DNA of 63,990 nt, the filler included, from Caldilineae bacterium (GTDB lineage: Bacteria > Chloroflexota > Anaerolineae > DTLA01): NCBI GenBank assembly GCA_037446815.1. It is 11 parts of 11 records of this genome, joined end to end, with 100 filler letters (N's around TTAATTAATTAA, not from the genome) between each part and the next. Parts side by side here need not be neighbours in the genome. Positions count along the whole stretch, not along the records: positions 6,177 to 12,210 come from JBBIHX010000171.1; positions 12,311 to 18,326 come from JBBIHX010000172.1; positions 18,427 to 24,420 come from JBBIHX010000173.1; 8 more parts are not named here. One strand, written 5' to 3'. The notes under the pieces are model-generated. The model had not been told where the DNA came from. It saw only the letters and a program-made list of their open reading frames with translations, and ran no database searches. Positions within the stretch are counted from its first letter, which is position 1, and each line of letters opens with the position of its first letter. The translations under genes and the position numbers were made by a program. Positions 9,571-19,795 of this stretch are shown piece after piece.

Positions 9571-9715
9571 GAGGCACTCCCTCTGCGGCGTGAGGACCTG
9601 TGGCGCGCCCGTCGCTCCCACACGAATCTACGCTTGGGGTAGGCGCCACGCCGGAGCCTGTGCGAGCCCCCGACGCAGGCCGTGCGGCGTCCTCGGGCGC
9701 GGCCTCACAATGCCC

Positions 9716-10207
9716 CTACTGCGTGTCGTCCGGGCTGGCCTCCTCGCCGACGGCGACGGGGATGGGCGGGGCCACCTGCGACGTGCCGCAGTACGGGCAC
9801 ACGTTCCACTTCAGGTGCAGCAGCCGCCCGCAGTGAACACACGGCTTGCGCAGTTTGGTGTGGCAGTTGGGACACACCATGTAGTCCGGCTGAACAGGTT
9901 GCTTGCAGCCGGGGCACGCCTGCTTCTCCTCAATGTCCTGCAACAGCGCCTCTTCTTCCAGCGCCCGCTCGTAGGCCTCGGCCAACGTCTCCTTGGGCCG
10001 CAGGATGAGGTAGATGACCAGGCCGGGGACATTGAACAGCAACACGATGAGCGCGGCCAGGATGTGAGCGAAGACATCTCGCGAACGCGACCGGATGTCG
10101 CGGTAGGTCCACACCACAAGGCTCAGGGTGAAGGCCACGAAAAAGCCGCTGAGCACGGCTACCAGAATCTGCACGATGGTGATGAGGTTGTTGATCAAGT
10201 TGGACAT
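9716..10207 (-). CDS. membrane protein with double zinc ribbon
   Basis: Two TM segments then CPGC, CPNC, CVHC, CPYC. Confidence 0.85.
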   Translation of the reverse strand: MSNLINNLITIVQILVAVLSGFFVAFTLSLVVWTYRDIRSRSRDVFAHILAALIVLLFNVPGLVIYLILRPKETLAEAYERALEEEALLQDIEEKQACPGCKQPVQPDYMVCPNCHTKLRKPCVHCGRLLHLKWNVCPYCGTSQVAPPIPVAVGEEASPDDTQ

Positions 10208-10295
10208 GTCAGGGTTCCTTCCTCCTGCCGGAACGATTCATGGCGGGCATTATACCATTCTTCGGCGAAGTTGTCATTTTTCGCGCCGCGCGCCC

Positions 10296-12209
10296 CTACC
10301 CCCGCGCCCGCTGCAAGTGCACCAGCAGCGCGGCGATGTCGGCGGGGTTGACGCCCGACAGGCGCGACGCCTGCCCTACCGTCGCCGGCCGCGCCCGCGC
10401 CAATTTCTCCTTCGCCTCGTTGCGCAGGCCCGTCAGCGCCGCGTAGTCCAGGTCCGCCGGAATGCGCATCTCCTCCAGGCGGCGGGCGCGCTCCACCTGC
10501 TCCCGCTGCCGCTCTATGTACCCCGCGTACTTCGCCTCAATCTCCACCTGCTCGCGCGTGTAGGCGTCCAGGGGCGCGGGCGGCGGGCAGATTTCGGCCA
10601 GCACGTCGTACCGAGCCTCCGGCCGGCTCAGGAAAAGCAGCGCGTTCACGCCATCGGACAGCGGTTCCAGGCCATGGCGCGACAGAATGGCGTTGGTCTC
10701 CGCGTCGGGGCGCAGGTATGTCGTCCGCAGGCGCGCCAGTTCGTCGCGGATGGCCGCCTTCCGCGCCAGGCGGTGCTCATACTCCTCCCGCGAGATGAGG
10801 CCGCACTCATAGGCCACGTCGGCCAGGCGCAATTCGGCGTTGTCCTGCCGAAGCAGCAGGCGGTACTCGGCCCGCGAAGTCATCAGGCGGTACGGCTCGT
10901 CAATTTCCTTCGTGATGAGGTCGTCTATCATCACGCCGATGTAGGCCTCGTCGCGGCGCAGGATGATGGGCGGCTTCCCCTGCACCTGGCGCGCGGCGTT
11001 GATTCCCGCGATGATCCCCTGTCCGGCCGCCTCTTCGTACCCCGACGTGCCGTTGATTTGCCCCGCCAGGAACAGCCCCTCCACCAACTTCGTCTCCAGC
11101 GACGGCAGAATCTGGTCCGTGGGCACGGAATCGTACTCAATGGCATAGCCGGGGCGCATGATTTCCGCATTGCGCAGCGCGGGGATGCTGTGGAGCATGG
11201 CCCGCTGCACGTCCTCGGGCATGGACGTGAAGAACCCCTGCACGTACACCTCGCCCGTGAGGAACCCCTCCGGCTCCAAGAAGATTTGGTGCGACTCCTT
11301 GTGTCCGAAGCGGACGATCTTCTCCTCAATGGACGGGCAGTAGCGCGGGCCGGCGCCCTCTATGAACCCCGCCGCGATGGGCGAGCGGTGCAGGTTCTCG
11401 CGCACGATGCGATGCGTCTCAGCGTTGGTGTACACCAGGTAGCAGGGCAGTTGGGGCCGCCAGTCCGTCTGCCGAGGGATGGGGTACACCGAATTCGGCG
11501 GCGGCAGCGGAATCTCCACCGGATTCAGGTCGCGCCGACGGCTGAAGTAGAGTGGGATCTCCGAGCCGATTTGCGGCGTGGTCTGCGAGAAGTCAATCGT
11601 GCGCGCATCCACGCGGGGCGGCGTGTTCGTCTGCAGCCGCTTGAGCCGGAACCCCAGGTCGCGCAGGCTGGCCGACAGGCCCACGGCGGGGAACTCCCCC
11701 GCGCGGCCCGCCGGATGGCTCCATTCGCCGCTGAGCACGCGCCCGGCCAGGAACGTCCCCGTCGTCAGCACCACGGCGCGGCCGTAGTACAGTTGACCGG
11801 TGGACGTGGCGACGCCGCGCACGCGCCCCTTCTCCACCAGCACGCGCTCGGTCAGGGCCTGCTTCAGGTGCAGGTTGGGCGTGGCTTCCAGCGTGAGTTT
11901 CATCGCCAGCGAGTACAAGCGCTTGTCGGCCTGGGCGCGCAGGGCCTGCACCGCCGGCCCCTTGGACGAATTCAGCAGGCGGATTTGGATGAACGTGCGA
12001 TCGGTGTTGCGGCCGATTTCGCCGCCCAGCGCATCCACCTCGCGCACCAGGTGCCCCTTGGCCGGCCCGCCCACGCTGGGGTTGCACGGCATCTGCGCGA
12101 TGAGGTCCAGGTTCATGGTGAGCAGGAGCGTGCGGCAGCCCATGCGCGCCGCCGCCAGGGCCGCCTCGCACCCCGCATGTCCCGCACCCACTACGATGAC
12201 GTCGTACAT
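10296..12209 (-). CDS. mnmG: tRNA uridine 5-carboxymethylaminomethyl modification enzyme MnmG/GidA (starts at the contig edge)
   Basis: [61 protein letters not shown]. Confidence 0.97.
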   Translation of the reverse strand: MYDVIVVGAGHAGCEAALAAARMGCRTLLLTMNLDLIAQMPCNPSVGGPAKGHLVREVDALGGEIGRNTDRTFIQIRLLNSSKGPAVQALRAQADKRLYSLAMKLTLEATPNLHLKQALTERVLVEKGRVRGVATSTGQLYYGRAVVLTTGTFLAGRVLSGEWSHPAGRAGEFPAVGLSASLRDLGFRLKRLQTNTPPRVDARTIDFSQTTPQIGSEIPLYFSRRRDLNPVEIPLPPPNSVYPIPRQTDWRPQLPCYLVYTNAETHRIVRENLHRSPIAAGFIEGAGPRYCPSIEEKIVRFGHKESHQIFLEPEGFLTGEVYVQGFFTSMPEDVQRAMLHSIPALRNAEIMRPGYAIEYDSVPTDQILPSLETKLVEGLFLAGQINGTSGYEEAAGQGIIAGINAARQVQGKPPIILRRDEAYIGVMIDDLITKEIDEPYRLMTSRAEYRLLLRQDNAELRLADVAYECGLISREEYEHRLARKAAIRDELARLRTTYLRPDAETNAILSRHGLEPLSDGVNALLFLSRPEARYDVLAEICPPPAPLDAYTREQVEIEAKYAGYIERQREQVERARRLEEMRIPADLDYAALTGLRNEAKEKLARARPATVGQASRLSGVNPADIAALLVHLQRARG

Positions 12210-12333
12210 CNNNNNNNNNNNNNNNNNNNNNNNNNNNNNNNNNNNNNNNNNNNNTTAATTAATTAANNNNNNNNNNNNNNNNNNNNNNNNNNNNNNNNNN
12301 NNNNNNNNNNTGTTATTCGTGGATACAACCCTC

Positions 12334-12691
12334 GGGTCGGTTCCAAACTGTGTTGGTGAAACGCATGCGCACTCTCCTCGTGTGTCATTGCGAGCGAAGC
12401 GAAGCAATCCCACGCCCCGGAGATTGCTTCGGGCACTGCGTGCCCTCGCAATGACGGCCACCCGCAGACGCTGGAACCGAATGCGGGGCGCCATCGCGTA
12501 GGGGCGACCGATCGGTCGCCCCTACTCTCCCCAATCCCCGCAATCCGTGCCATCCGTGGATGCACCCCAACCCTGTTCGCGTGGATTCGCGTTATTGACG
12601 GTTGCACTCCTCCGAAGTTGCCTCGTGTCGTGCGGCATTGTGCGCGACGCCAAGCCGCGTGAACTGCGCCAACACTTTTTGGAACCGAATA
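12334..12691. mobile_element. composite MITE with 8-bp target duplication
   Basis: Ends GGGTCGGTTCCA and TGGAACCGAATA; CAACCCTC at 12326-12333 and 12692-12699; extra internal terminus near 12482 and a GTAG palindrome at 12498-12525. Confidence 0.75.
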
Positions 12692-12706
12692 CAACCCTCG
12701 CGCGCC

Positions 12707-12735
12707 TTGACGCTCTTCCCGTCGGGTAGTAGAAT
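12707..12735 (+). promoter_or_regulatory. sigma70-type promoter
   Basis: TTGACG (12707-12712), 17 nt, TAGAAT (12730-12735). Confidence 0.7.
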
Positions 12736-12767
12736 GCCCCCAACGCTGGAGTGAGGCCATCGCCATC

Positions 12768-13079
12768 GTGAACACAGCAGAAGCCACACGACAACTGCAT
12801 GAATTGCTGGCCCGCCTGGACGAATTCGCGGGAGAGGCCGGGCCAACGCCCGCATTCCTGGCGTGGCGCGAAGAGGCCGAGGCAGCGATCCGCCGCATCT
12901 TCGGAGACGAGTCGCGGGAGGTGGCCATCTTCCTCCAGGTGCGCTACACGCCGCTCACGCACGCCGCGTGCCTTTCGGACGAAGAGAAGGTTGTGGCGTT
13001 CCAGCGCGGCGTGGCCCAGGCTCGTTTCATCCTGGAATCGCTCGTGCAGCGACTGGAGCGGCCGGGTTGGCCGGACTGA
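12768..13079 (+). CDS. hypothetical helical protein
   Basis: 103-aa ORF downstream of a promoter with host-like codon use; FLAWREEAEAAIRRIFG...FQRGVAQARFILESL. Confidence 0.65.
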   Translation: MNTAEATRQLHELLARLDEFAGEAGPTPAFLAWREEAEAAIRRIFGDESREVAIFLQVRYTPLTHAACLSDEEKVVAFQRGVAQARFILESLVQRLERPGWPD

Positions 13080-13093
13080 TGGAGGGGCAAACC

Positions 13094-13261
13094 ATGTGCG
13101 ACGGACACTCTCACGATAGGCCAAGCGTCAGCGACACCGTTCAGAACCTGCGTCAGCCTATGCCGCTGGGCCGGAAGATTCGCCTGTTCATCCGCAACAA
13201 CTGGAAAAAGATACGCACGGGCCAATCCTGCTGCGGCAACTATGGCGAGCCAGGCTGCTGA
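13094..13261 (+). CDS. small Cys-rich protein (55 aa) ending CCGNYGEPGC
   Basis: GGAGGGG RBS before ATG 13094; ends in TGA. Confidence 0.7.
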   Translation: MCDGHSHDRPSVSDTVQNLRQPMPLGRKIRLFIRNNWKKIRTGQSCCGNYGEPGC

Positions 13262-13298
13262 CGGGCCGCTCCGCCCCGTGAGGGCGAGTAGGAGAGGC

Positions 13299-13376
13299 TT
13301 TCACCGCGGAGCGCGCGGAGAACGCAGAGGTATACAAGGTCTTCTCTGCGCTCTCAGCGGTCTCTCCGCGGTGAAA
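13299..13376. repeat. imperfect long inverted repeat
   Basis: TTTCACCGCGGAG...CGCAGAG / CTCTGCG...CTCCGCGGTGAAA. Confidence 0.75.
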
Positions 13377-13399
13377 CAAGGTTGCCAGAGGTTTGAACC

Positions 13400-14728
13400 A
13401 TGCTGATCATCGTGAGCGACTTGCACTTTCGCGACGGGACGGCGGGGGAGCATAACGCTTCCCCGCGGGCGTTTGAGGGTTTCCTGGAGGCGCTCGCCGC
13501 CGCCGCGAGAGCGATGTGCGCCCGCGAAGTCAAAATCCTCTTCCTCGGCGACATCTTTGACCTTCTGCGCACCGAACTGTGGTTTGACGTGCCCGAATCC
13601 GAGCGCCCCTGGGGACTGCCCGCGGGGGCGACGGACGCGCTGGAGCGCCACGCGAACCGCATCTTGGACGCCATTCTGGAGCATCCGGTGAACCGCGAAA
13701 CCTTCGCTCTGCTGGGCGGGAGCCTAAAGGAGCGCTTCCCGCTGTTCCCCGCGGAGCCGGAACGCCTGTATGTGGTGGGGAATCACGACCGACTGTGCGC
13801 GCAGTTCCCGTCGCTCTTGCGCAAGGCCCAGCAGGCCCTCGGCGCGGCCCCCGGCCCCGTGCGGCACGTGTACCGCGACCCGCGCTACGGCGTGCTGGCG
13901 CGGCACGGGCACGAGTGGGATGTGTTCAACTACGAGGGAGGGCCTGCCCTCTCCGACGAGGACTACGTGCAGGTCCCCATTGGGGATGTCATTGCCACCG
14001 AAATGGTGGCGTGCCTTCCCTACACCATCATGAGGCATTCCAAAATCCAGAGCCTGCCCGAGGCCACGCAGAAGGCCCTGCGGCGCAACCTGCAGCAGAT
14101 TGAAAACGTGCGCCCTCTCCATGCCGCCCTCCATTGGCTCTTCTACCAGGTCCAGCAGCACGAGTGGCTGCGCAATGTGGTGGAGGAGGCCATTGACGAG
14201 ATCGTGGCCCAGTTCAGCGACCTGCCCTTCGTCCGCGACTGGTATCGCCGCCACGACCGCTGGCCCAATCCGCTGGACGAGGCCGACCAGATTCAGACCA
14301 TCCTGTTCGTGCTGGACAAGTTCCGCGTTACGCGCATGGGGGGCTTGCTGTCCCTGGCCGAGGCGCTCAAGGGAATCCGTCCCAAGCCCGCCGAGGAGGC
14401 CGCACGCAAGGAGGCCGCGGAGTTGGGCCCGGATGTGTACTACCTCGTCTACGGCCACACGCACCAGCCGGTGCAGGTCCCGCTTCAGATTCGCGAGACC
14501 GCCGACGGCAGGCCCGTGGAACAGGTGTATATCAACGCGGGGTTCTGGGGCACGCGCCACGTGGAGGCCGCCGGGGGCGGGTTTGTATCCTGGAAGCAGA
14601 TGGCCTACGCCATCTTCCACGCGGAGGACGAGGACGCGCCGCCCGGTCAGGAGCGGCGGGGGTTCCCGTCATTTGAGACTTGGTCGGCCACGCTCAAGGA
14701 AAGCCTCACCTGGCCGCCGGTGGGGTGA
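13400..14728 (+). CDS. metallophosphoesterase family protein
   Basis: VSDLH, LGDIFD, VGNHD, HGH, YGHTH. Confidence 0.85.
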   Translation: MLIIVSDLHFRDGTAGEHNASPRAFEGFLEALAAAARAMCAREVKILFLGDIFDLLRTELWFDVPESERPWGLPAGATDALERHANRILDAILEHPVNRETFALLGGSLKERFPLFPAEPERLYVVGNHDRLCAQFPSLLRKAQQALGAAPGPVRHVYRDPRYGVLARHGHEWDVFNYEGGPALSDEDYVQVPIGDVIATEMVACLPYTIMRHSKIQSLPEATQKALRRNLQQIENVRPLHAALHWLFYQVQQHEWLRNVVEEAIDEIVAQFSDLPFVRDWYRRHDRWPNPLDEADQIQTILFVLDKFRVTRMGGLLSLAEALKGIRPKPAEEAARKEAAELGPDVYYLVYGHTHQPVQVPLQIRETADGRPVEQVYINAGFWGTRHVEAAGGGFVSWKQMAYAIFHAEDEDAPPGQERRGFPSFETWSATLKESLTWPPVG

Positions 14729-14824
14729 GCCGGCTTCGGGCCGAGAGCATCGGCTTTTCGCCGCGGGTGCGCGGGGGATGTGGGCCACCTCGCACCCCGA
14801 ATATCCGTGTTGAGGAGGGAGACG

Positions 14825-15457
14825 ATGACCGAATCCGCAGCCCAGGCCCTGAGCATCCTTCGCGACCCGTCGCAGTTCCAATGGTACGTCATTCCCCTTT
14901 TTGCCCTGGTGGTCATTGTGTACGCCAATGAGATAGAGCGCCGGAACTGGAGCCTGGTATTCGCCGGCCTGGCCTACTGGGGCATGGACTGGTTCAACGA
15001 AATCTGGAACGGCCTCGTGTTCCATTTCACGCAGTACGCGCCGGTATGGGGCGCGCCCGGGGCCACGGCCTACCTCATCCTCATCGGGCTGAACATTGAA
15101 ATCTGCTTCATGTTCGCCGTGGCGGGCATCGGCTTCGCCAAGATGCTTCCGCCGGACAAGTGGATGAAGGTACTGGGCATCCCGAACCGCCTGTTCTTTG
15201 CGGTTGCCGGCTCCATCTTCTGCGTCATCGTGGAGATTCTGCTGAATGCCGCCAACGCCCTGACCTGGGACTATGCCTGGTGGAACGCCCGCGCGCCCTG
15301 GCTTATCTTCCTCATCGGCTACCTGCCGTTCTTCCTGGTGTCGTTCTGGGTACACGACATGGAGAGCGTGCGGAAGAAGGCGATGACCGTCGGCGCCATC
15401 CTGGGGTTTGACCTGGTGTGCCTCGTGGTCTTCGGGGGCGTGTTGGGCTGGATATAG
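14825..15457 (+). CDS. hypothetical multi-pass membrane protein
   Basis: About six hydrophobic segments; GAGGAGGG RBS before ATG 14825. Confidence 0.8.
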   Translation: MTESAAQALSILRDPSQFQWYVIPLFALVVIVYANEIERRNWSLVFAGLAYWGMDWFNEIWNGLVFHFTQYAPVWGAPGATAYLILIGLNIEICFMFAVAGIGFAKMLPPDKWMKVLGIPNRLFFAVAGSIFCVIVEILLNAANALTWDYAWWNARAPWLIFLIGYLPFFLVSFWVHDMESVRKKAMTVGAILGFDLVCLVVFGGVLGWI

Positions 15458-15652
15458 GTGCGCGTTTGGTTGCCGCTGCTCCCTCAGCGGTGCTCGCAGG
15501 GCGAAATTGCCGATTTGCCCTACGGCGGGCACGCCCGTGCGTTCCGTTCCCAATCCCAATGCGCTGAAACGGAGCCCCTACGCGGGCGCGAGTTTACATC
15601 TGCCCGGGGGCCTGCTATACTCATGCTGCAATTCCGCGTGGAGGTGGGAGAG

Positions 15653-16381
15653 ATGAAACGGCTTCTGATGATTGCGCTCGTGATGGTCTTGGTGGTGCTG
15701 GCCGCGGCCCCCGCGCTGGCCCAGCCGCCCGATGATGGCAAAGACACGATCAAGTTGCGTGTCTTCGTCCACTACCCCAAGCCCGGCAAACCCCAGCCCA
15801 ACCCCGGCGTGTGCGACCCGACCCAGAACGAGACGGCCAACTACGGCCTCGCGGGCTGGAAGCGCTCGGGAACGGTGGTGTATCGGGTGAATTACAGTTC
15901 CATCCCCAGCACGGTAACACAGCCACAGCCGGCGATTTCCAACTCGTTTGAGGTGTGGGAGCAGCAGACCGGCGGCAAGGTTGACTTCATGGAAGGCGCG
16001 CCCACGACCCTCACGAGGTACAAACTGGACGGGGTCAACCTGGTGGCTTGGGGGCGCGTGTCCGCCTCCGGTGCCATCGCCGTAACGTACACGTGGTACA
16101 ACTCCAGCACGGGCGAGGCCGTGGAGCAGGATGTTATCATGAACGCCAAACTGCCGTGGAAGCAGACCTACGTCTCCAACTACGACGCGGTGTGCGGCGA
16201 CCTGTACGCCTATGACGTGCAGAACATCCTGACCCATGAGGTCGGCCATTGGGTGGGCCTGGATGACCTGTACGACGACGTAGACCAAGACCTGACGATG
16301 TACGGGTACGGCGACAAGGGCGAACTCAAGAAGGTAACCCTCGGCCTCGGCGATGTCCGCGGCATGGATGCGCTGTACTAG
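15653..16381 (+). CDS. secreted matrixin-like zinc metalloprotease
   Basis: Signal peptide ending APALA; HEVGHWVGLDD with Met-turn LTMYG. Confidence 0.85.
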   Translation: MKRLLMIALVMVLVVLAAAPALAQPPDDGKDTIKLRVFVHYPKPGKPQPNPGVCDPTQNETANYGLAGWKRSGTVVYRVNYSSIPSTVTQPQPAISNSFEVWEQQTGGKVDFMEGAPTTLTRYKLDGVNLVAWGRVSASGAIAVTYTWYNSSTGEAVEQDVIMNAKLPWKQTYVSNYDAVCGDLYAYDVQNILTHEVGHWVGLDDLYDDVDQDLTMYGYGDKGELKKVTLGLGDVRGMDALY

Positions 16382-16399
16382 GGCGTGGTGTCAGACGCA

Positions 16400-16434
16400 G
16401 CCGTAGGGGTAATCCCGGGGATTACCCCTACGGC
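16400..16434. repeat. GTAG-type REP palindrome, possibly a terminator between convergent genes
   Basis: GCCGTAGGGGTAATCCC-G-GGGATTACCCCTACGGC, perfect 17-bp arms. Confidence 0.8.
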
Positions 16435-16454
16435 GGGTTGCGCGTCGACGACCG

Positions 16455-18158
16455 CTACCGCTTCGGCGCCGCGTCAAAGATGCTCTTGAGGATGCCGGCG
16501 CGCTCCTCGGGCGTGGCCCAGCGCGGCTGCGCGTAGTCCTCCAGGACGCCGGTCAGAATCTCCGTACTCAGCAGCCGCCCGTCGTAGATAGTGTGGCGGG
16601 CGTAGAGTTCGGTGCGCGTCTCCCATGACCACATCTGGTCAAAGAACAGGTTGCCCAGGCCGTAGACGATGATGCCCGGGCCGCCCGGGTCGCTCGCGCC
16701 ATACGGCTCCATCGCTTGGGGGACATGACTCTGGACGCCGGTAACGATGTCTGCCCCCGCCGCGCGCAGTTCGCGGAATTCCTCCACCTGCTTGTCCGTG
16801 GGGAAGGGATTGTACGTCTCGTAGTACTGCAACTCCACGGCCACGATGTCCACCTGCTGGCTCAATTCGGACACCTTCTTCAGGATTTCGTCCTTGTGAT
16901 CGTAGTAGTAGCAGGCGCCCGGCTCGGTGTCGGTGGCCCAGGCGTACCAGGGGTCAAAGGCCAGCGCCGCAAGGAAGGCGAAGGTGTTGCCGTTGTGCTC
17001 CCACATGAGCGGGGCGCACGCCTCGGCGGTATTCATGCCGCTGCCGTAGATGGGGATGCCGTGCTCGCGGTACCAGTTCAGCGATGTCCGCGCACCCTCG
17101 GCGCCGAAGTCGTTGACGTGGTTGCCGCTCAGGCCCACGATGTCGGTGCCGATGGCCTCCAGCGCGGCCCAGTAGGTGGTATCGCTGCACATGGTCAGGT
17201 TCCCCGGCGTGGGGTCCACCCTGCACCCCGGGATGAAGGGCACCTCATTGCTCACGTGGGTGATGTCGGCGGCTCGGAGCGTGGCTGAGATGATTTCGGC
17301 GGGGTAGGTGTAGCCCTTCTGCTCCATCTTGAGCGCCGTCATGCGGGTCATGGCCGTTACGCCCGTCATGATGAGCGTGGTCAGTTTGGCAGCGTCGCGA
17401 TTGGTGCGCGGCTGGATGGCCCCGGCCAACCGCGGGGCGAGGAGCGCCGCATCCGGCCCCTCCACCGCCACGCCGACCGCCAGGGGATACGTCGCCGGGT
17501 CCAGGTGGTTGTCCAGCACATTGACGCCGTCCACGGTCAGGACCTTGAAGCGCGGGTCCAGTCGCTCAAAGGGCAGGATGCCCACGGCGTGGCGCGCGGC
17601 TTCCAGCCGGGCAAGCATCTCCTCGGCGGGGACGATTTCGGCCAGCCGCTGGTCGCCCAGCACGGCGGCCAGGTCATCGGCGGCGTCCTGGGTAACGTAC
17701 AGGATGCCCTGGCTGGATACACCCGTCCATCGGCCGCGCAACTCAACCAGGGTGATATCGTCGGCGATGGTCGGGAACGGGACCACGACGGCGTAGAACC
17801 GCTCGGCCAGGGGGTTCTGCGCCACGGGCAGCGGGACGAGGGCCAGGCGCGCCGTGGCCGCATCGGCATCGGTCAACACCACGGGGCGCTCTTCGGCGCC
17901 ATCGGCCACGGCCTTGACATCGGCAACCGCAGCGCGAAGGGCGTCGGCGTAGGTCTGGGGAAGGCCGACTAGCGCCACGGCCACCGGCTTGGGAGTCGGG
18001 GTCGGACTGGGTTCGGGCGTAGCGGTGGGCCGCGGCGTCGTCGGCTGCGGCGCGGCGGAAGGCGAGGCCGCCGGAGTGCAGGCCGACAGCAGCGCCGGAA
18101 TGAGCAACGCGGCGACCGCGGCCGCGAGGGTTCGGCGAAGCAAAGTCCTGTGATGCAT
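16455..18158 (-). CDS. CapA-family (metallophosphatase fold) lipoprotein
   Basis: Lipobox LSAC, Pro/Thr linker, LSGNHVNDFG, GADIVTGVQSHVPQ, YGLGNLFFDQ. Confidence 0.8.
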   Translation of the reverse strand: MHHRTLLRRTLAAAVAALLIPALLSACTPAASPSAAPQPTTPRPTATPEPSPTPTPKPVAVALVGLPQTYADALRAAVADVKAVADGAEERPVVLTDADAATARLALVPLPVAQNPLAERFYAVVVPFPTIADDITLVELRGRWTGVSSQGILYVTQDAADDLAAVLGDQRLAEIVPAEEMLARLEAARHAVGILPFERLDPRFKVLTVDGVNVLDNHLDPATYPLAVGVAVEGPDAALLAPRLAGAIQPRTNRDAAKLTTLIMTGVTAMTRMTALKMEQKGYTYPAEIISATLRAADITHVSNEVPFIPGCRVDPTPGNLTMCSDTTYWAALEAIGTDIVGLSGNHVNDFGAEGARTSLNWYREHGIPIYGSGMNTAEACAPLMWEHNGNTFAFLAALAFDPWYAWATDTEPGACYYYDHKDEILKKVSELSQQVDIVAVELQYYETYNPFPTDKQVEEFRELRAAGADIVTGVQSHVPQAMEPYGASDPGGPGIIVYGLGNLFFDQMWSWETRTELYARHTIYDGRLLSTEILTGVLEDYAQPRWATPEERAGILKSIFDAAPKR

Positions 18159-18426
18159 ACAGCACGCTCCTCGGTAGAATTGGTGTCGTTTCGGGGCGAG
18201 TATAGGACGGTGCGGCGGAATGGTCAAAACAGGCGGGGCGGCCTTGTGGCGGAGTGGCGCCGAACCCAAAAGCCGCGGGGGCGATGCGCGCACCGCCCCC
18301 GCAAGACGCCGCTCATTTGTCGCGCGNNNNNNNNNNNNNNNNNNNNNNNNNNNNNNNNNNNNNNNNNNNNTTAATTAATTAANNNNNNNNNNNNNNNNNN
18401 NNNNNNNNNNNNNNNNNNNNNNNNNN

Positions 18427-19794
18427 CCCCACCAACGACCACGGCCCCGCCCAGGTGATGCGCACCTGGGCCAGGCGGCCCGTCCAGTCGTCTGGGCTGT
18501 CAAAGAAGACCAGTTTGTTGGTGCGGGTGCGGCCGAACCATCGCCCCTTCTTCCGCCCCTCCACCAGCACCTCCACCACCTGGCCGACCAGCGCCGCGTT
18601 GATTTCGCCGACGATGCGCTTCTGCAGGTCGTCCACGGCCTTGCGGCGGCGCTCCTTCACGTCGGGGGGCACGTCCTCGGGTAGGCGCTCGGCAGGCGTG
18701 CCCGGGCGCACCGAATAGGCCGCCACGTGCACGGCGTCAAAGCGAATCTCCTCCAGCAGGCGGTAGGTGTTCTGGAACGCTTCCTCGGTCTCGCCCGGGA
18801 AGCCGACGATAACATCGGTGGCGATGGCCGCGCCCGGGATGGCCTCGCGGATCGCGGACACCAACTCGCGGTACTGGCCCGCCGTGTACGTCCGTCCCAT
18901 GCGGCGGAGGATGCCGTCGTCGCCCGATTGCACGGGCAACTCAAAGTGTTCGCACACCTTGGGCAGGTCGCGCACGGCGCGAATGACGCGGGGCGACAGG
19001 TCGGCCGGGTGCGATGTCAGGAAGCGGATGCGCCAGATGCCCTCCACCGCGTGCACGGCGTGGAGCAGGTCGGCCAAGTCCAGCGGCGGGTTCAGGTCGC
19101 GCCCGTAGGCGTCCACGTTCTGGCCCAGCAGGACGATTTCGCGCGCGCCGCGTTGGGCGGCCTGCTCGGCTTCCCGCACGATGTCGGCTATGGGGCGGCT
19201 GGTCTCTCCGCCCCGGCGCAGCCGCACGATGCAGTAGGTGCAGTGGTGGTTGCACCCGTAGATGGCGGTGATGCCGCGCGATACGGGCGAAGGCGGGATG
19301 ACGGCGCGGGGTTCTTCGTCGCGCGCGGACGGGCACGGGGCCAGCGCGGCGCGGGATTCCTCCCCGCGCTCGGGATGATGGGCGGCCGGTGCAGCGCGGA
19401 ATTCTTCGCTTCGCTCCGAAGGACGGATGTGGGCGGGCGCGAGGCCGGTCTGCTCCACGGCTCGCAGGAGCCCTTCCACGTCCGATGGGCGGATGAAGGC
19501 GTCCACGTAGGGATATTGCCGCGCCAGGGCCTCGGGGTCATCCACGGCGCAGCCCATGAGCACGAGGAAGGCCCTGGGGTTTCTCTGCTTGACCGGCTTG
19601 AGCGAGTGGAGCCGCCCCCACACGCGGTCTTCCGCGCTCTGGCGGACGACGCAGGTGTTGAGCACGATGACATCGGCCTGCTCAATCTGCGCCGCGCGGT
19701 GGAAGCCCAACGCCTCCAGGCCCTCCTCGGCGCGGCGGGCGTCGGCGGCGTTCATCTGGCAGCCGATGTTCCACACGTAGTACCGAGGAGGCAT
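18427..19794 (-). CDS. miaB: tRNA-2-methylthio-N6-dimethylallyladenosine synthase MiaB (3' end cut by the contig edge)
   Basis: GCQMN, LNTCVVR, radical-SAM CNHHCTYC, TDVIVGFPGETEE, TRAM domain GRTRTNKLV. Confidence 0.92.
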
Positions 19795-19795
19795 C

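Noticed and set aside
6177..12210. Intact prophage
   Set aside because: Only one phage-type gene; the other genes on the contig are cellular.
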